From IMG/VR virus record IMGVR_UViG_3300034104_005687, positions 1 to 64,000 of that record: a DNA stretch of 64,000 nt; one strand, 5' to 3'. Shown one piece after another: positions 7,993-17,420 of the stretch; the stretch's first letter is position 1, and each line of letters starts with the position of its first letter. A program made the position numbers and the translations under genes. The notes beneath the pieces were generated by a model. The model had not been told where the DNA came from and made no database searches. It saw only the letters and a program-made list of their open reading frames with translations.

Positions 7993-8281
7993 TGAATTTC
8001 TTGACAAGTGGGAACATTTAATCAAGGAAGCGCCCAAGACCGAAGTTCCACTTGAGTGTCTCAAAAAAATTATCATCAAGATGCATGGCAAGCGACAACG
8101 AACCATAAATCTTGATGTGTTACGAAAGCAGGGTCTGGACATTGTAGAAATTGAAGTAGTCCTTACCAGAACCTTGCTGGAACTTGATCAACAAGTCAGA
8201 GATATTGAATTTGTGGTTGACACTGTGCTAGTTGCAGAACTTGTTCAACCCGAGACTGATAAATTATTGAAAAATCTATGA
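7979..8281 (+). CDS. Hypothetical protein
   Basis: 100-aa ORF; ATGA overlap with thyX. Confidence 0.75.
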   Translation: MQFSDEFLDKWEHLIKEAPKTEVPLECLKKIIIKMHGKRQRTINLDVLRKQGLDIVEIEVVLTRTLLELDQQVRDIEFVVDTVLVAELVQPETDKLLKNL

Positions 8282-8970
8282 ATGTTACCCTTGTATCATA
8301 TTCACAGCCAACCGACGCATTTAGAACCCAAGGCATCGATGATGCACAAGAGCTTATTGCCTATTGTGCCCGTGTGTCCAACCCTGCCAACCAGTTCACA
8401 ACCGATACCAGCGAAAGACTTATCCGATACTTGGTCCGACACCAACACTGGAGCCCACTGGAAATGGTGTCAGCCTGTTGCGAAATCGTCACCACCCGCG
8501 ACATTGCCCGACAGATTCTACGTCACAGAAGTTTCAGCTTTCAAGAGTTCTCCCAGCGATATGCTGATCCTACAGCTGAACTCGATGAGGCGTTTGTGCT
8601 ACGTGAGGCACGATTCCAAGACACCAAGAATCGACAGAATAGCGTAGAATTGGACATGGCAGACGAAGCTCAACGGCTGTTGGCCATTGAATGGGAACGT
8701 GCGCAAAAACGTGTGTTGTTCAGTGTCAAACAAGAATATGCATGGGCCATCAAGAACGGCATTGCCAAAGAACAGGCCCGTGCTGTGTTGCCCGAAGGAC
8801 TCACAGTGAGTCGCATGTATATGAACGGTACCTTGCGTAGCTGGATTCATTTTATTGAACTGCGATCAGGCAATGGTACACAAAAAGAGCACATGGAAGT
8901 GGCTCGCGCATGTGCACAAGTTATTGCCAAAATCTTCCCAATGGCTGCCGACTTGGTTGCTAAAGACTAA
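8278..8970 (+). CDS. thyX: FAD-dependent thymidylate synthase
   Basis: Signature RHRSFSFQEFSQRY, plus HWSPLE and ARAVLP motifs. Confidence 0.95.
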   Translation: MNVTLVSYSQPTDAFRTQGIDDAQELIAYCARVSNPANQFTTDTSERLIRYLVRHQHWSPLEMVSACCEIVTTRDIARQILRHRSFSFQEFSQRYADPTAELDEAFVLREARFQDTKNRQNSVELDMADEAQRLLAIEWERAQKRVLFSVKQEYAWAIKNGIAKEQARAVLPEGLTVSRMYMNGTLRSWIHFIELRSGNGTQKEHMEVARACAQVIAKIFPMAADLVAKD

Positions 8971-8985
8971 CACTTGTGCTATACT
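8957..8985 (+). promoter_or_regulatory. Sigma70-type promoter TTGCTA-N17-TATACT (probably leaderless mRNA)
   Basis: -10 ends 5 nt before ATG 8991; no SD. Confidence 0.55.
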
Positions 8986-8990
8986 AGTGT

Positions 8991-9320
8991 ATGGCAATAA
9001 CAACCAATTATCCAGACGAATACAAGCAATGGCAGCCTGAACGGGTTGAACTCATTGGAGACCGAGCTGTAAAGTTTCGTGACGTATGTGTACACGAGAT
9101 CCGCATGGGCGACGTAGAAGATCCGGATTTAATGGTTGCTGAACCAATTTGGAGGTGGCAAGAATCAGATGCTGGTAAGTTTATAATGGAGCATGCCAAG
9201 GATAAACCTTACTGGACTCGTAGCATAGATCCGCACACGTATGGACACATGTACCGCATCATAGCAAGATTAAGTGAGCAGGATCAAATCTTTTGGACAT
9301 TAAAGTGGGGTAACAAATGA
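8991..9320 (+). CDS. Hypothetical protein
   Basis: 109-aa ORF; ATGA overlap with the epimerase gene. Confidence 0.75.
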   Translation: MAITTNYPDEYKQWQPERVELIGDRAVKFRDVCVHEIRMGDVEDPDLMVAEPIWRWQESDAGKFIMEHAKDKPYWTRSIDPHTYGHMYRIIARLSEQDQIFWTLKWGNK

Positions 9321-10285
9321 AAATATTAGTAACAGGCGGACTAGGGTTAATTGGTCACAATGTAGTGCAAAGACTAGAAGCCCGAGATCACGAAGTGATC
9401 ATCACAGACACTCGTACCAACTACGGAATTATTCCACAAGCAGAACTTGATTACTTGATGGGCGAGCGGTTAAAGAAGATATCAGGCAACAACATCTATC
9501 ACATTGACATTACCAATGCCGAAGACTTTGACTGGTTGGTAGGCAAACACAAGCCCGAAGTAATCATTCACATGGCAAGTTTTCCCCGACAGAAAGTTGT
9601 CAATGCTAACCCTGCCTGGGGCAGTCGTGTTATGATGGAAGGGTTGATCAACGTTTGTGAGAGTGCCAAAAAGCACAATGTAGAACGTGTTGTGTACATA
9701 TCTAGTTCAATGGTGTATGGTGATTTTGAAGATCAAGTAGAAGAAGACTACGACTGCCGACCCATTGGACAATATGGCATCTTAAAATTAACTGGAGAAG
9801 ACCTTGTCAAAGACTACCATCGTCGCGGTGCTTTCGATTACGCTGTTATTAGGCCTAGTGCTGTATACGGGCCACTGGATGTGGAAGACAGGGTCGTTGC
9901 AAAATTTATGCTCGGAGCCATGCGAGGTAGCGTTCTCCGAGTTAATGGGGCAGGGGAGACGTTAGACTTTACCTATGTAGATGATGCCGCTGATGGTATT
10001 GTAGCAGCCGCTACTCGTATCATGGCTCGTAACAATACCTACAACATTACTAAATCGCATTCAGTTAGTTTGTTAGAAGCCGCAGAGATGATTGTGAAGA
10101 TTGTGGGCAAGGGTGAGATCGAAACTCGAGACAAAGATGCAGACTTTCCCAGTCGCGGTGCACTGAACATTGATCGTGCCAGGACCATACTAGGCTACGA
10201 TCCCAAAGTTGATGTAGAAGAAGGATTCCAAAAGTATTATGACTGGCTTTCGAATTCCGTTTACTGGTCTCCAAAGACAGTATAA
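9317..10285 (+). CDS. NAD-dependent NDP-sugar epimerase/dehydratase (extended SDR)
   Basis: TGGLGLIG Rossmann motif, YISSSMVYG, YGILK (YxxxK), RPSAVYGP, DFTYVDD. Confidence 0.92.
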   Translation: MKILVTGGLGLIGHNVVQRLEARDHEVIITDTRTNYGIIPQAELDYLMGERLKKISGNNIYHIDITNAEDFDWLVGKHKPEVIIHMASFPRQKVVNANPAWGSRVMMEGLINVCESAKKHNVERVVYISSSMVYGDFEDQVEEDYDCRPIGQYGILKLTGEDLVKDYHRRGAFDYAVIRPSAVYGPLDVEDRVVAKFMLGAMRGSVLRVNGAGETLDFTYVDDAADGIVAAATRIMARNNTYNITKSHSVSLLEAAEMIVKIVGKGEIETRDKDADFPSRGALNIDRARTILGYDPKVDVEEGFQKYYDWLSNSVYWSPKTV

Positions 10286-11342
10286 ACAACTCCGCGAGGA
10301 GATTCTAGACGCAACTGATCAGGTACTGCAATCAGGTCAGCTCATGAACGGCGCCTGGACTCAGAAGTTTGAAAACTGGCTGGCTGTTAGGAACGGTGGC
10401 AAAAATGCTGTGACTTGCCACTCGGGCACACAGGCCTTGGAAATTATAGCCGAATATTGGCGTGGACTAGAACTAACCAATAAGTCGCCAAGAGTGTTGA
10501 TCCCTAGCTTGACGTTTGTGGCCACGGCCAATGCGTTCTTGCGAGCTGGTTGGGACGTACACTTTGTAGACGTGGATGTCAACGGGTTGCTTGACCCTGA
10601 TAAAATCCCCCAAGACCTTGATTATCAAGCCATAGTGTTGGTTGGTTTGTATGGCGCTGCTATTTCCCACGCTCATTCTGTAAAGGCCTGGACACATTGG
10701 TTACACAACAATGTCACAGTGATTGAAGATGCTGCACAACATTGGTTAGGCAACAATAGCCAACGAGTCGGCGAAGGCAGCGCCATCAGTTTTGACCCCA
10801 TGAAGAACTTGGCCTGTTATGGCAACGGTGGTGCAGTGGTCACAGACAACCAGGATCTAGCAGACTTTGCACGAGCCTGGCGCAATCACAACAAAGGTGA
10901 CTACAAGGCCGAACGTGGTGGCAGCAACAGTCGCATGAGCGAACTGGATTGTGCACACATGATGGTCAAAACACAGTACATTGATCAATGGCAAGCTCGT
11001 CGTCGCCGGATTGCTGCCTACATGTGTGAACGATTTGCAAATACCAGCATACGCTGTTTGATCAACGAACACAATGAGCACAATCATGCGTTTCACAAGT
11101 TTGTGATTGATGTTGATCAGCGCAATCGACTGCAAGAGAAACTGTGGAACGCCAGTATTGACACACGAATACACTATGAGCAACCCTTGCACGATAACTC
11201 TGTGTTGAGACAATTCCCCGGGCCCAACATGATGAGTGTAGCCACTGCACTGAGCCAGCGTGTGTTGAGTTTGCCTATCTATCCTGAGTTGTCAGACTTA
11301 GATGTGGAATATGTCACTGATCAGGTGTTAAAGAACGTTTGA
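10239..11342 (+). CDS. DegT/DnrJ/EryC1/StrS PLP-dependent sugar aminotransferase
   Basis: HSGTQAL, TFVATANA, IEDAAQH, SFDPMKNL (catalytic Lys), GNGG, LSLPIYP. Confidence 0.93.
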   Translation: MTGFRIPFTGLQRQYKQLREEILDATDQVLQSGQLMNGAWTQKFENWLAVRNGGKNAVTCHSGTQALEIIAEYWRGLELTNKSPRVLIPSLTFVATANAFLRAGWDVHFVDVDVNGLLDPDKIPQDLDYQAIVLVGLYGAAISHAHSVKAWTHWLHNNVTVIEDAAQHWLGNNSQRVGEGSAISFDPMKNLACYGNGGAVVTDNQDLADFARAWRNHNKGDYKAERGGSNSRMSELDCAHMMVKTQYIDQWQARRRRIAAYMCERFANTSIRCLINEHNEHNHAFHKFVIDVDQRNRLQEKLWNASIDTRIHYEQPLHDNSVLRQFPGPNMMSVATALSQRVLSLPIYPELSDLDVEYVTDQVLKNV

Positions 11343-14300
11343 CAAACGCATAGCTTGCGAGCCAATCCCACTCGTAGCTCTTGCGGAGCTCAGTGGGATC
11401 ACCTTTGACCTCTTCATAGTACTCCACAGCATCCTGTGCGCCTTTATGACTCCAATGTCCATTGGCAATGGTGCCGGAGTCTTCTTTTAACCAGACATTG
11501 AGTCTGTATTCATTTTCCACGTTGGGTAAACTTGCACGTAGTTTAAGTGCTTCACGGAAAGCTGTGCGCCAGGCCATCCAAGGCGATTCAGCATAGTTGG
11601 CTGTGCCACTGAGAATAGGTACAACTTCGTGCGCCTGATCTAGCGTAAAGTCCAGGCCAACACCTGTGTTCTCCAACGCCAACTTCTTGTTGTAGGCAAT
11701 CATGGCTTGGTGACCATACACCAATCCATTGACAGGATTGCCAGCATGAAAGATATAGTGCTTGGGCTGTTGCATACGATCTGGCTGCCAGGTCCAATCA
11801 AACTTGGCGTCAACTTCTAACTTGGCAAACACAGCAAAGAACCAAGGTGTGGTACTGGCTCGTGCTGCCGCATGATAAGCTGCCACACGACCTTTTACTC
11901 CTGATACCATATGTACTTTGTTGGTATGTGATGAGTTGGCTAGATACATCTGCATTTGCAAATAATTAGATGCAGAATTGGGTTCGCCATTGCTGATAAA
12001 CACAATGTCCAGTGGCTGATCGCCATGACGTTTACGTTGTGTCTTGTCAATATGTGCATAATCGTACAGTTGCGTTTTAACATCACCTCGAGCTACTTTT
12101 GGCACAATCACTGCACTGGCACCTGTGCTCAACGGCACAATAGTTTTGACTTCTTGACGCCAAAGAGGAACGGTGGGCATTGTGATAGGCACACCATTTG
12201 TGGTGAACAATGCCAAGGGTCCGGCCCAATCTACATTCTTGACTGCATCCACATGCGAATCAGCAGTGTGTTCAATCACAGGCATGGATCTACGTGGTAC
12301 ACTCCGGCGGGATACATAGTTCACACTATACCATTCCAGCAAAGCTTTCTTTTCGGCACGTTCGGCAAAGGTAGGTACATGCATGTAGAATGTGTCCCCA
12401 AACTTTTGTTCATTGCTGGGGAATACATGCAACATTGTACTTTGCCAGATCTCTGGGTGCCATGAAAAGTCAAAGCCAGTGTAATCGCAAATTGAACTGC
12501 ATATCCACACATGCTCGTATTGCCCCACAAGGCTCCGGGCCAAACGTATTAGTGTATCTCTGTAGTTGTCAAAGTAACGTACTTTTTTAACTACATCTGG
12601 AATTTGCCCTGCGTTGCCATCCAGGTGATCAATTTCAAATATAGGTGCAGCTTCTTGCTTGACTTCTGCCCTCATCATGTCCACATACTTGAACTCAGTG
12701 GCACCAGGCATGCGATACTGCGGTCCTCCAGTCTTTTGATGCTGTGTGGCAAATTGATAGATGTAGGCTGGTTCGCCTGGGTCTGGCTGCCAACTGAAGT
12801 CCATATCAGTAGTGTTCACATATTCAGGAATGGTCCAATTGGTCATATTCGTCAACAAGTTAGCAACCGGTCCTGTCATGTACTTGCGCTCAGTGGCACT
12901 GGGCATGTGATATTCTACAGTGGGCATTTTCTCTGCTGGCCACCACTGGTTACCAAACACATAGATGTAGGGTGGTGATCCAGGTTCGGGTCTCCAGGTA
13001 TAATCCCATTCACAGTCTATGACGGTGTGCCAGTGATTATCGTGTTGAGGCAACAACTGTGCAGGGATATCCATGTACTTGAGTTCTGTAGCACCCAGCA
13101 TGTGATATTCTACAGTGGGCATTACTTCTGCTGAATAGTACTGATTACCAAACACATAGTTATAAGGTGGTGATCCTGGATCGGGTTCCCACGACCAATC
13201 AAAGCTCGCAGGATAGTGTTGTGTAAACCGTGTATGATCCCCACGACGTTGTGCTCGCGGATGATCCATGTATTTGATTTGTGTAGCACCTGTTACTGCA
13301 TACTGTAATGCGGGACGTTGTTCAGGCGTGAGCCACTGATTACCAAACACATACGTATAAGGAGGATCTGTGGGATTGGGCCGCCAGGAGTAATCAAACG
13401 ATTCAATGTCATCCAACAATTCCCAAGCAGCCACGTCTTGTGCTAGTGTAGCAACAATATCATCTACATACTTGATTTCAGTGCCGCCGGCATTGTACAC
13501 TACTGTGGGTTCTAGTACAGCCGAGTTCCATTGGTTACCGAACACATAGGTCATTGGTGGATCAAAAGGATTTGGTTCCCACGAATAGTCAAATTCACTG
13601 ACCGCTAGGTTATGTCCGAACAGGCGTGGTTGCGGCAGTCTGCGTGTGCGTCTATCCATGTACTTGACTTCGATGGCGCCCGGAACAACATACTTGACAC
13701 TGGCTTTGAACTCTGGCTGATTCCATTGATTACCGAACACGTAAATATAGGGTGGATCTTTAGGATTAGGAACCCAGGTCCAGTCCCACCTACTATTATC
13801 AACATCCTCGCATAACTCCCAGTTGGCCATGTTGTCACCTAGTTGAGCAACCACATTGTCAACAAATTTTTCCTGTGTTGCACCAGACATTTCGTAAACC
13901 ACAGTGGGCATTTCTATACCTGGCCAATGTTGATTGCCAAACACATAATTGTAAGGCGGTTCTGTATTGTCAGGATGCCAGGAGTAATCAAATCCTTGTA
14001 TAATTTCTAAATTCTTAAACAACTGTTTATTAGGTAATCTGCGATGCAATATTTCTACATACTTGCGTTCTACAGCACCAGGTACTACATAACAAGCACC
14101 GCCATTGGGTTGCCACTGAGTAGCAAATTCATATATGTAAGGGTTGTCTCCTGGATCAGGCCGCCAAGAATAATCCACGCTTAACGGATCAACATAATCT
14201 GGTACTTGCCAGTTGGTCTTGTCCGCAAGTATCCTGGCAGTCATGTCCATGTATTTGCGTTCAGTAGCACCGGTGACGTGATACTCAACTGTGGCCATTT

Positions 14301-15117
14301 TCTCTGCACTCCACCACTGATTACCAAACACGTAAATGTAAGGCGGATCTCCAGGATCTGGTTCCCAGGCCCAATCAAACTCACAAGGATACAAACAACA
14401 AAATTTACTTTTGTCTGGTAGTCGTTGTGTACGAATATTGTGCATGTACTTTTTTACAGTTGCACCGGGCACATGATACTCTACACTAGAACGAGATTCT
14501 GCTGGCCAATGTTGATTGCCAAACACATAAATCATTGGAGGATCAAATGGATTTGGGTGCCAGTTAAACACAGGATCATGTTCATCTACGTTATCATGTG
14601 TCTGCCAGTCTTTGCGATCCGACTGTGTACGAGCAACAAACACATCCATGTATTTGCGTTCTGTTGCTCCGGGCACACGGTATTCTGGGCCACCTACTCT
14701 ATCCCAATCCCATTCTACAGGAAACTCATATATGTACGGAGGATCTGTGGGATTAGGTGCCCATGTATAGTTTATACTAGCAGGATCAATCCATTTGGGT
14801 ATGTGCCAGTAGCTGATATCAGGCAGTCTGTGTACGGTGCGCTCGCTGTGATAATTTGTTTCAGTATATCCAGCTTTGGGAATAAGATAAACACCTGCAT
14901 CAATTTGATATTGATCTAACCATGCATGTCGCTGATGTGCTTGCCATGGTGGTGGCTCATAAAGCCAATCCCAGTCTGAGTAGTCTGCTAAGTAGTTTGC
15001 TATCCAAAAATACCTTGTGCGACTCAGTTGTTGCGCATGCTGAATAGATTCAACTGCTCGTTCATGAGCAAACAAATTGGGCTTGTGTCCCGATGCAAAA
15101 TAAAATACGTCAAACAT
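11314..15117 (-). CDS. 1267-aa protein: 11 tandem ~65-aa Trp/Pro/Tyr repeats plus C-terminal GT-A-like domain
   Basis: Repeat core (F/W)DxSWxPxPxDPPYxYVFGNQ...VxYxxPGATExKY. C-terminus DIVFISNGEP...VKGRVAAYHAAA...NPVNGLVYG...AWRTAFRE aligns by eye with 32501..33424. Confidence 0.8.
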   Translation of the reverse strand: MFDVFYFASGHKPNLFAHERAVESIQHAQQLSRTRYFWIANYLADYSDWDWLYEPPPWQAHQRHAWLDQYQIDAGVYLIPKAGYTETNYHSERTVHRLPDISYWHIPKWIDPASINYTWAPNPTDPPYIYEFPVEWDWDRVGGPEYRVPGATERKYMDVFVARTQSDRKDWQTHDNVDEHDPVFNWHPNPFDPPMIYVFGNQHWPAESRSSVEYHVPGATVKKYMHNIRTQRLPDKSKFCCLYPCEFDWAWEPDPGDPPYIYVFGNQWWSAEKMATVEYHVTGATERKYMDMTARILADKTNWQVPDYVDPLSVDYSWRPDPGDNPYIYEFATQWQPNGGACYVVPGAVERKYVEILHRRLPNKQLFKNLEIIQGFDYSWHPDNTEPPYNYVFGNQHWPGIEMPTVVYEMSGATQEKFVDNVVAQLGDNMANWELCEDVDNSRWDWTWVPNPKDPPYIYVFGNQWNQPEFKASVKYVVPGAIEVKYMDRRTRRLPQPRLFGHNLAVSEFDYSWEPNPFDPPMTYVFGNQWNSAVLEPTVVYNAGGTEIKYVDDIVATLAQDVAAWELLDDIESFDYSWRPNPTDPPYTYVFGNQWLTPEQRPALQYAVTGATQIKYMDHPRAQRRGDHTRFTQHYPASFDWSWEPDPGSPPYNYVFGNQYYSAEVMPTVEYHMLGATELKYMDIPAQLLPQHDNHWHTVIDCEWDYTWRPEPGSPPYIYVFGNQWWPAEKMPTVEYHMPSATERKYMTGPVANLLTNMTNWTIPEYVNTTDMDFSWQPDPGEPAYIYQFATQHQKTGGPQYRMPGATEFKYVDMMRAEVKQEAAPIFEIDHLDGNAGQIPDVVKKVRYFDNYRDTLIRLARSLVGQYEHVWICSSICDYTGFDFSWHPEIWQSTMLHVFPSNEQKFGDTFYMHVPTFAERAEKKALLEWYSVNYVSRRSVPRRSMPVIEHTADSHVDAVKNVDWAGPLALFTTNGVPITMPTVPLWRQEVKTIVPLSTGASAVIVPKVARGDVKTQLYDYAHIDKTQRKRHGDQPLDIVFISNGEPNSASNYLQMQMYLANSSHTNKVHMVSGVKGRVAAYHAAARASTTPWFFAVFAKLEVDAKFDWTWQPDRMQQPKHYIFHAGNPVNGLVYGHQAMIAYNKKLALENTGVGLDFTLDQAHEVVPILSGTANYAESPWMAWRTAFREALKLRASLPNVENEYRLNVWLKEDSGTIANGHWSHKGAQDAVEYYEEVKGDPTELRKSYEWDWLASYAFVKRSLTPDQ
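12670..14830 (-). repeat. Coding tandem repeat array, 11 units of ~65 aa (~195 nt)
   Basis: 11 WxPx(P/N)x(D/E/S)(P/N)(P/A) cores counted in the translation; boundaries approximate. Confidence 0.85.
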
Positions 15118-16246
15118 GCTTAGAATAGATGAAATTTACAACAATACATTTTGGCCTTGGTTAAAAGCCAACCGCCCAGGCTTTAGGGCTTTCTTCTGCG
15201 AACCATTTGGCAGAAGTGATGCAGACAGCGTTATGAACTACGGTAGAGATGATGTACACGAACACAATTATATATTCTTTTTTGACCAAGAGCCAATACA
15301 TTTGAACATACACACAAATACTTTTTTCAAAGTGCACGACTATAATTTAGATATCACACATGACCGATCGTTGTCAAAAAAACAGCATGAATATAAAGTC
15401 CAAGACGCTGGGTATCTGCTTACCAGCGAGTACAACAGTGAGAACGTAGATCTAGTGTGCAAAAAGTTTGAATGGAAACCATTGTACTACTTTTTTCACG
15501 GATGGGCAGCACTGGATTGGTATCGAGGATACGACAAGACATTTTTGATTACGCCCCTTGCACAACGACAGATCACAAAAACATTTATTGCGCCCAATCG
15601 TATTGTGGCTGGAGAACGAAAACACAGACTGGAAATGCTGTACCACATATTCAAAAACAACATGACCAACAATCATGTCAGTTGCCCTGCTGTGTGTCCA
15701 GCTGAAAACATTTCTATACTGGAAGCTGTCAAACCATTGATCACAAAGTACACTGACATTGAATCAGTATTTACTGCACAGTCTTTGCCTATTAACTTTG
15801 AGGGAGAAACTGACCATCCCATGCATAGCTGCTGGCTTAGTTTGTTTGATCAGTGTGCAGAAAGCTTGCTGTATTTGGTGACAGAAACTGTGGCCACTGG
15901 TCGTAGACATCACTTAACAGAAAAAACTTTCAAGCCCATTGCCCTGGGCATGCCTTTTGTGATTGTGGGCACACGCGGAAGTTTGGAATACTTACGTAGC
16001 TATGGGTTCCGCACGTTCGAAGGCATATGGGACGAAAGCTATGATGACGCAGAAGACGATGTGCGTATCCAACGCATTGCCAGTTTGTTGCGTAGCCTTG
16101 ATGAGCTATCGCCAGAGGGCAAACAAGACCTGTTTGTTCAGTGCCAAGAAGTAATTGAACACAACTGGAATCACTTCTATGGTGGCGGCTTTGAAGCTGT
16201 GCTGTGGAAAGAACTCAATGAGATGCTGAATGAAATTGAACTTTAA
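15116..16246 (+). CDS. Putative GT10-like glycosyltransferase, TEK-x-FKP family (paralog 2)
   Basis: LYLVTETVATGRRHHLTEKTFKPIALGMPF...GFRTFEGIWDESYD. Confidence 0.55.
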   Translation: MLRIDEIYNNTFWPWLKANRPGFRAFFCEPFGRSDADSVMNYGRDDVHEHNYIFFFDQEPIHLNIHTNTFFKVHDYNLDITHDRSLSKKQHEYKVQDAGYLLTSEYNSENVDLVCKKFEWKPLYYFFHGWAALDWYRGYDKTFLITPLAQRQITKTFIAPNRIVAGERKHRLEMLYHIFKNNMTNNHVSCPAVCPAENISILEAVKPLITKYTDIESVFTAQSLPINFEGETDHPMHSCWLSLFDQCAESLLYLVTETVATGRRHHLTEKTFKPIALGMPFVIVGTRGSLEYLRSYGFRTFEGIWDESYDDAEDDVRIQRIASLLRSLDELSPEGKQDLFVQCQEVIEHNWNHFYGGGFEAVLWKELNEMLNEIEL

Positions 16247-17420
16247 CTTTGTAGCTGATCAAGTGCTCAAGGGCAGAATATACCCTGCACTTGCACAGCA
16301 TCAGGCAAGACCATACACACAGTCCTGGCGAGAGTTTGGTAAACATTTTCCCTATACTATCCCGTTACGACTGCAGGAATACTGCAATCAACACGGGGTT
16401 GATATCAACATATACAATATACACGACTCTTATCCTGACAACACCTTTTACCCTGTGGGAATAGGATTTTTTGATTTTGGCATAGATTACTTTACTTTGC
16501 TGCCCACAGCAGTATTTCAGGCAGTGTACTACGGCAAAATTCGGGTGTTGTTTTACTATCACGAAGGCGACAATCCGCGGCGTATCAAACAACGGCTAGA
16601 TACCCTGGCTGCACAATTGAAATTGCCGCCTGACTGTTATGTGTTTGTGAGTTCCAACAGTGCTGCTGAACACATACCAGGGTTTGTGGTGTTCAATGAT
16701 TTTGAATTATGGTATTATCAGCGCAACATAGAAACTGATCCATTGCCAGTGCACAGTGATCATCGTACCAAAGAATTTACATGTCTCAGCAGACTGCACA
16801 AGTGGTGGCGAGCCACTGTCATGGCAGATTTGCATCGCAGCGGCATGTTAGATAACAGCTATTGGAGCTACTGTGAATCAGCCACAGGGGCCGACACTGA
16901 CTGCCCAATAGAAGTTGATATGATTGCACGGCTAAGACATGATCGCACAAAATTTCTCAAAGATGCTCCCTATTTCAGTGACGAACTATCTGACAGCGAT
17001 CGTAACAATCACGCTGTAATGGAACCCAAATACTACGCAGACAGTTATTGTCAGATTGTGTTGGAAAGTCAATTTGACGTGGATCAAAGCGGCGGTGCGT
17101 TTGTGACTGAAAAAACTTTCAAGCCCATCAAACACGGTCAGTTGTTTTTTGTAGCAGGTGGTGTAGGCAGTCTTCAAGTACTGCGAGATCTGGGTTATAG
17201 AACATTTGATCACTTGTTGGACAACAGCTATGACACCATAACCAATCATACTCAACGATGGAAACAACTACAACAAAGTATTACAGCAGCTCAACCCAGA
17301 TTGCCTGAGTTATTTGCTGCGGCTCGGGAAGATATAGAACACAACCAACAATTATTTGTGGCCAACAAGAGCCAACGCCTAAATAGCTTACTTGAGAAAA
17401 TAAATGAACAACACCGTTAA
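16230..17420 (+). CDS. Putative GT10-like glycosyltransferase, TEK-x-FKP family (paralog 3)
   Basis: CQIVLESQF...FVTEKTFKPIKHGQLF...GYRTFDHLLDNSYD. Confidence 0.55.
   Translation: MKLNFNFVADQVLKGRIYPALAQHQARPYTQSWREFGKHFPYTIPLRLQEYCNQHGVDINIYNIHDSYPDNTFYPVGIGFFDFGIDYFTLLPTAVFQAVYYGKIRVLFYYHEGDNPRRIKQRLDTLAAQLKLPPDCYVFVSSNSAAEHIPGFVVFNDFELWYYQRNIETDPLPVHSDHRTKEFTCLSRLHKWWRATVMADLHRSGMLDNSYWSYCESATGADTDCPIEVDMIARLRHDRTKFLKDAPYFSDELSDSDRNNHAVMEPKYYADSYCQIVLESQFDVDQSGGAFVTEKTFKPIKHGQLFFVAGGVGSLQVLRDLGYRTFDHLLDNSYDTITNHTQRWKQLQQSITAAQPRLPELFAAAREDIEHNQQLFVANKSQRLNSLLEKINEQHR

Noticed and set aside
12670-14830. Periodic DNA repeats that could suggest a CRISPR array or DGR template/variable repeats
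   Set aside because: The units are in-frame and conserved at protein level with synonymous divergence, with no constant repeat/unique spacer pattern; no cas or reverse transcriptase gene is in the window.
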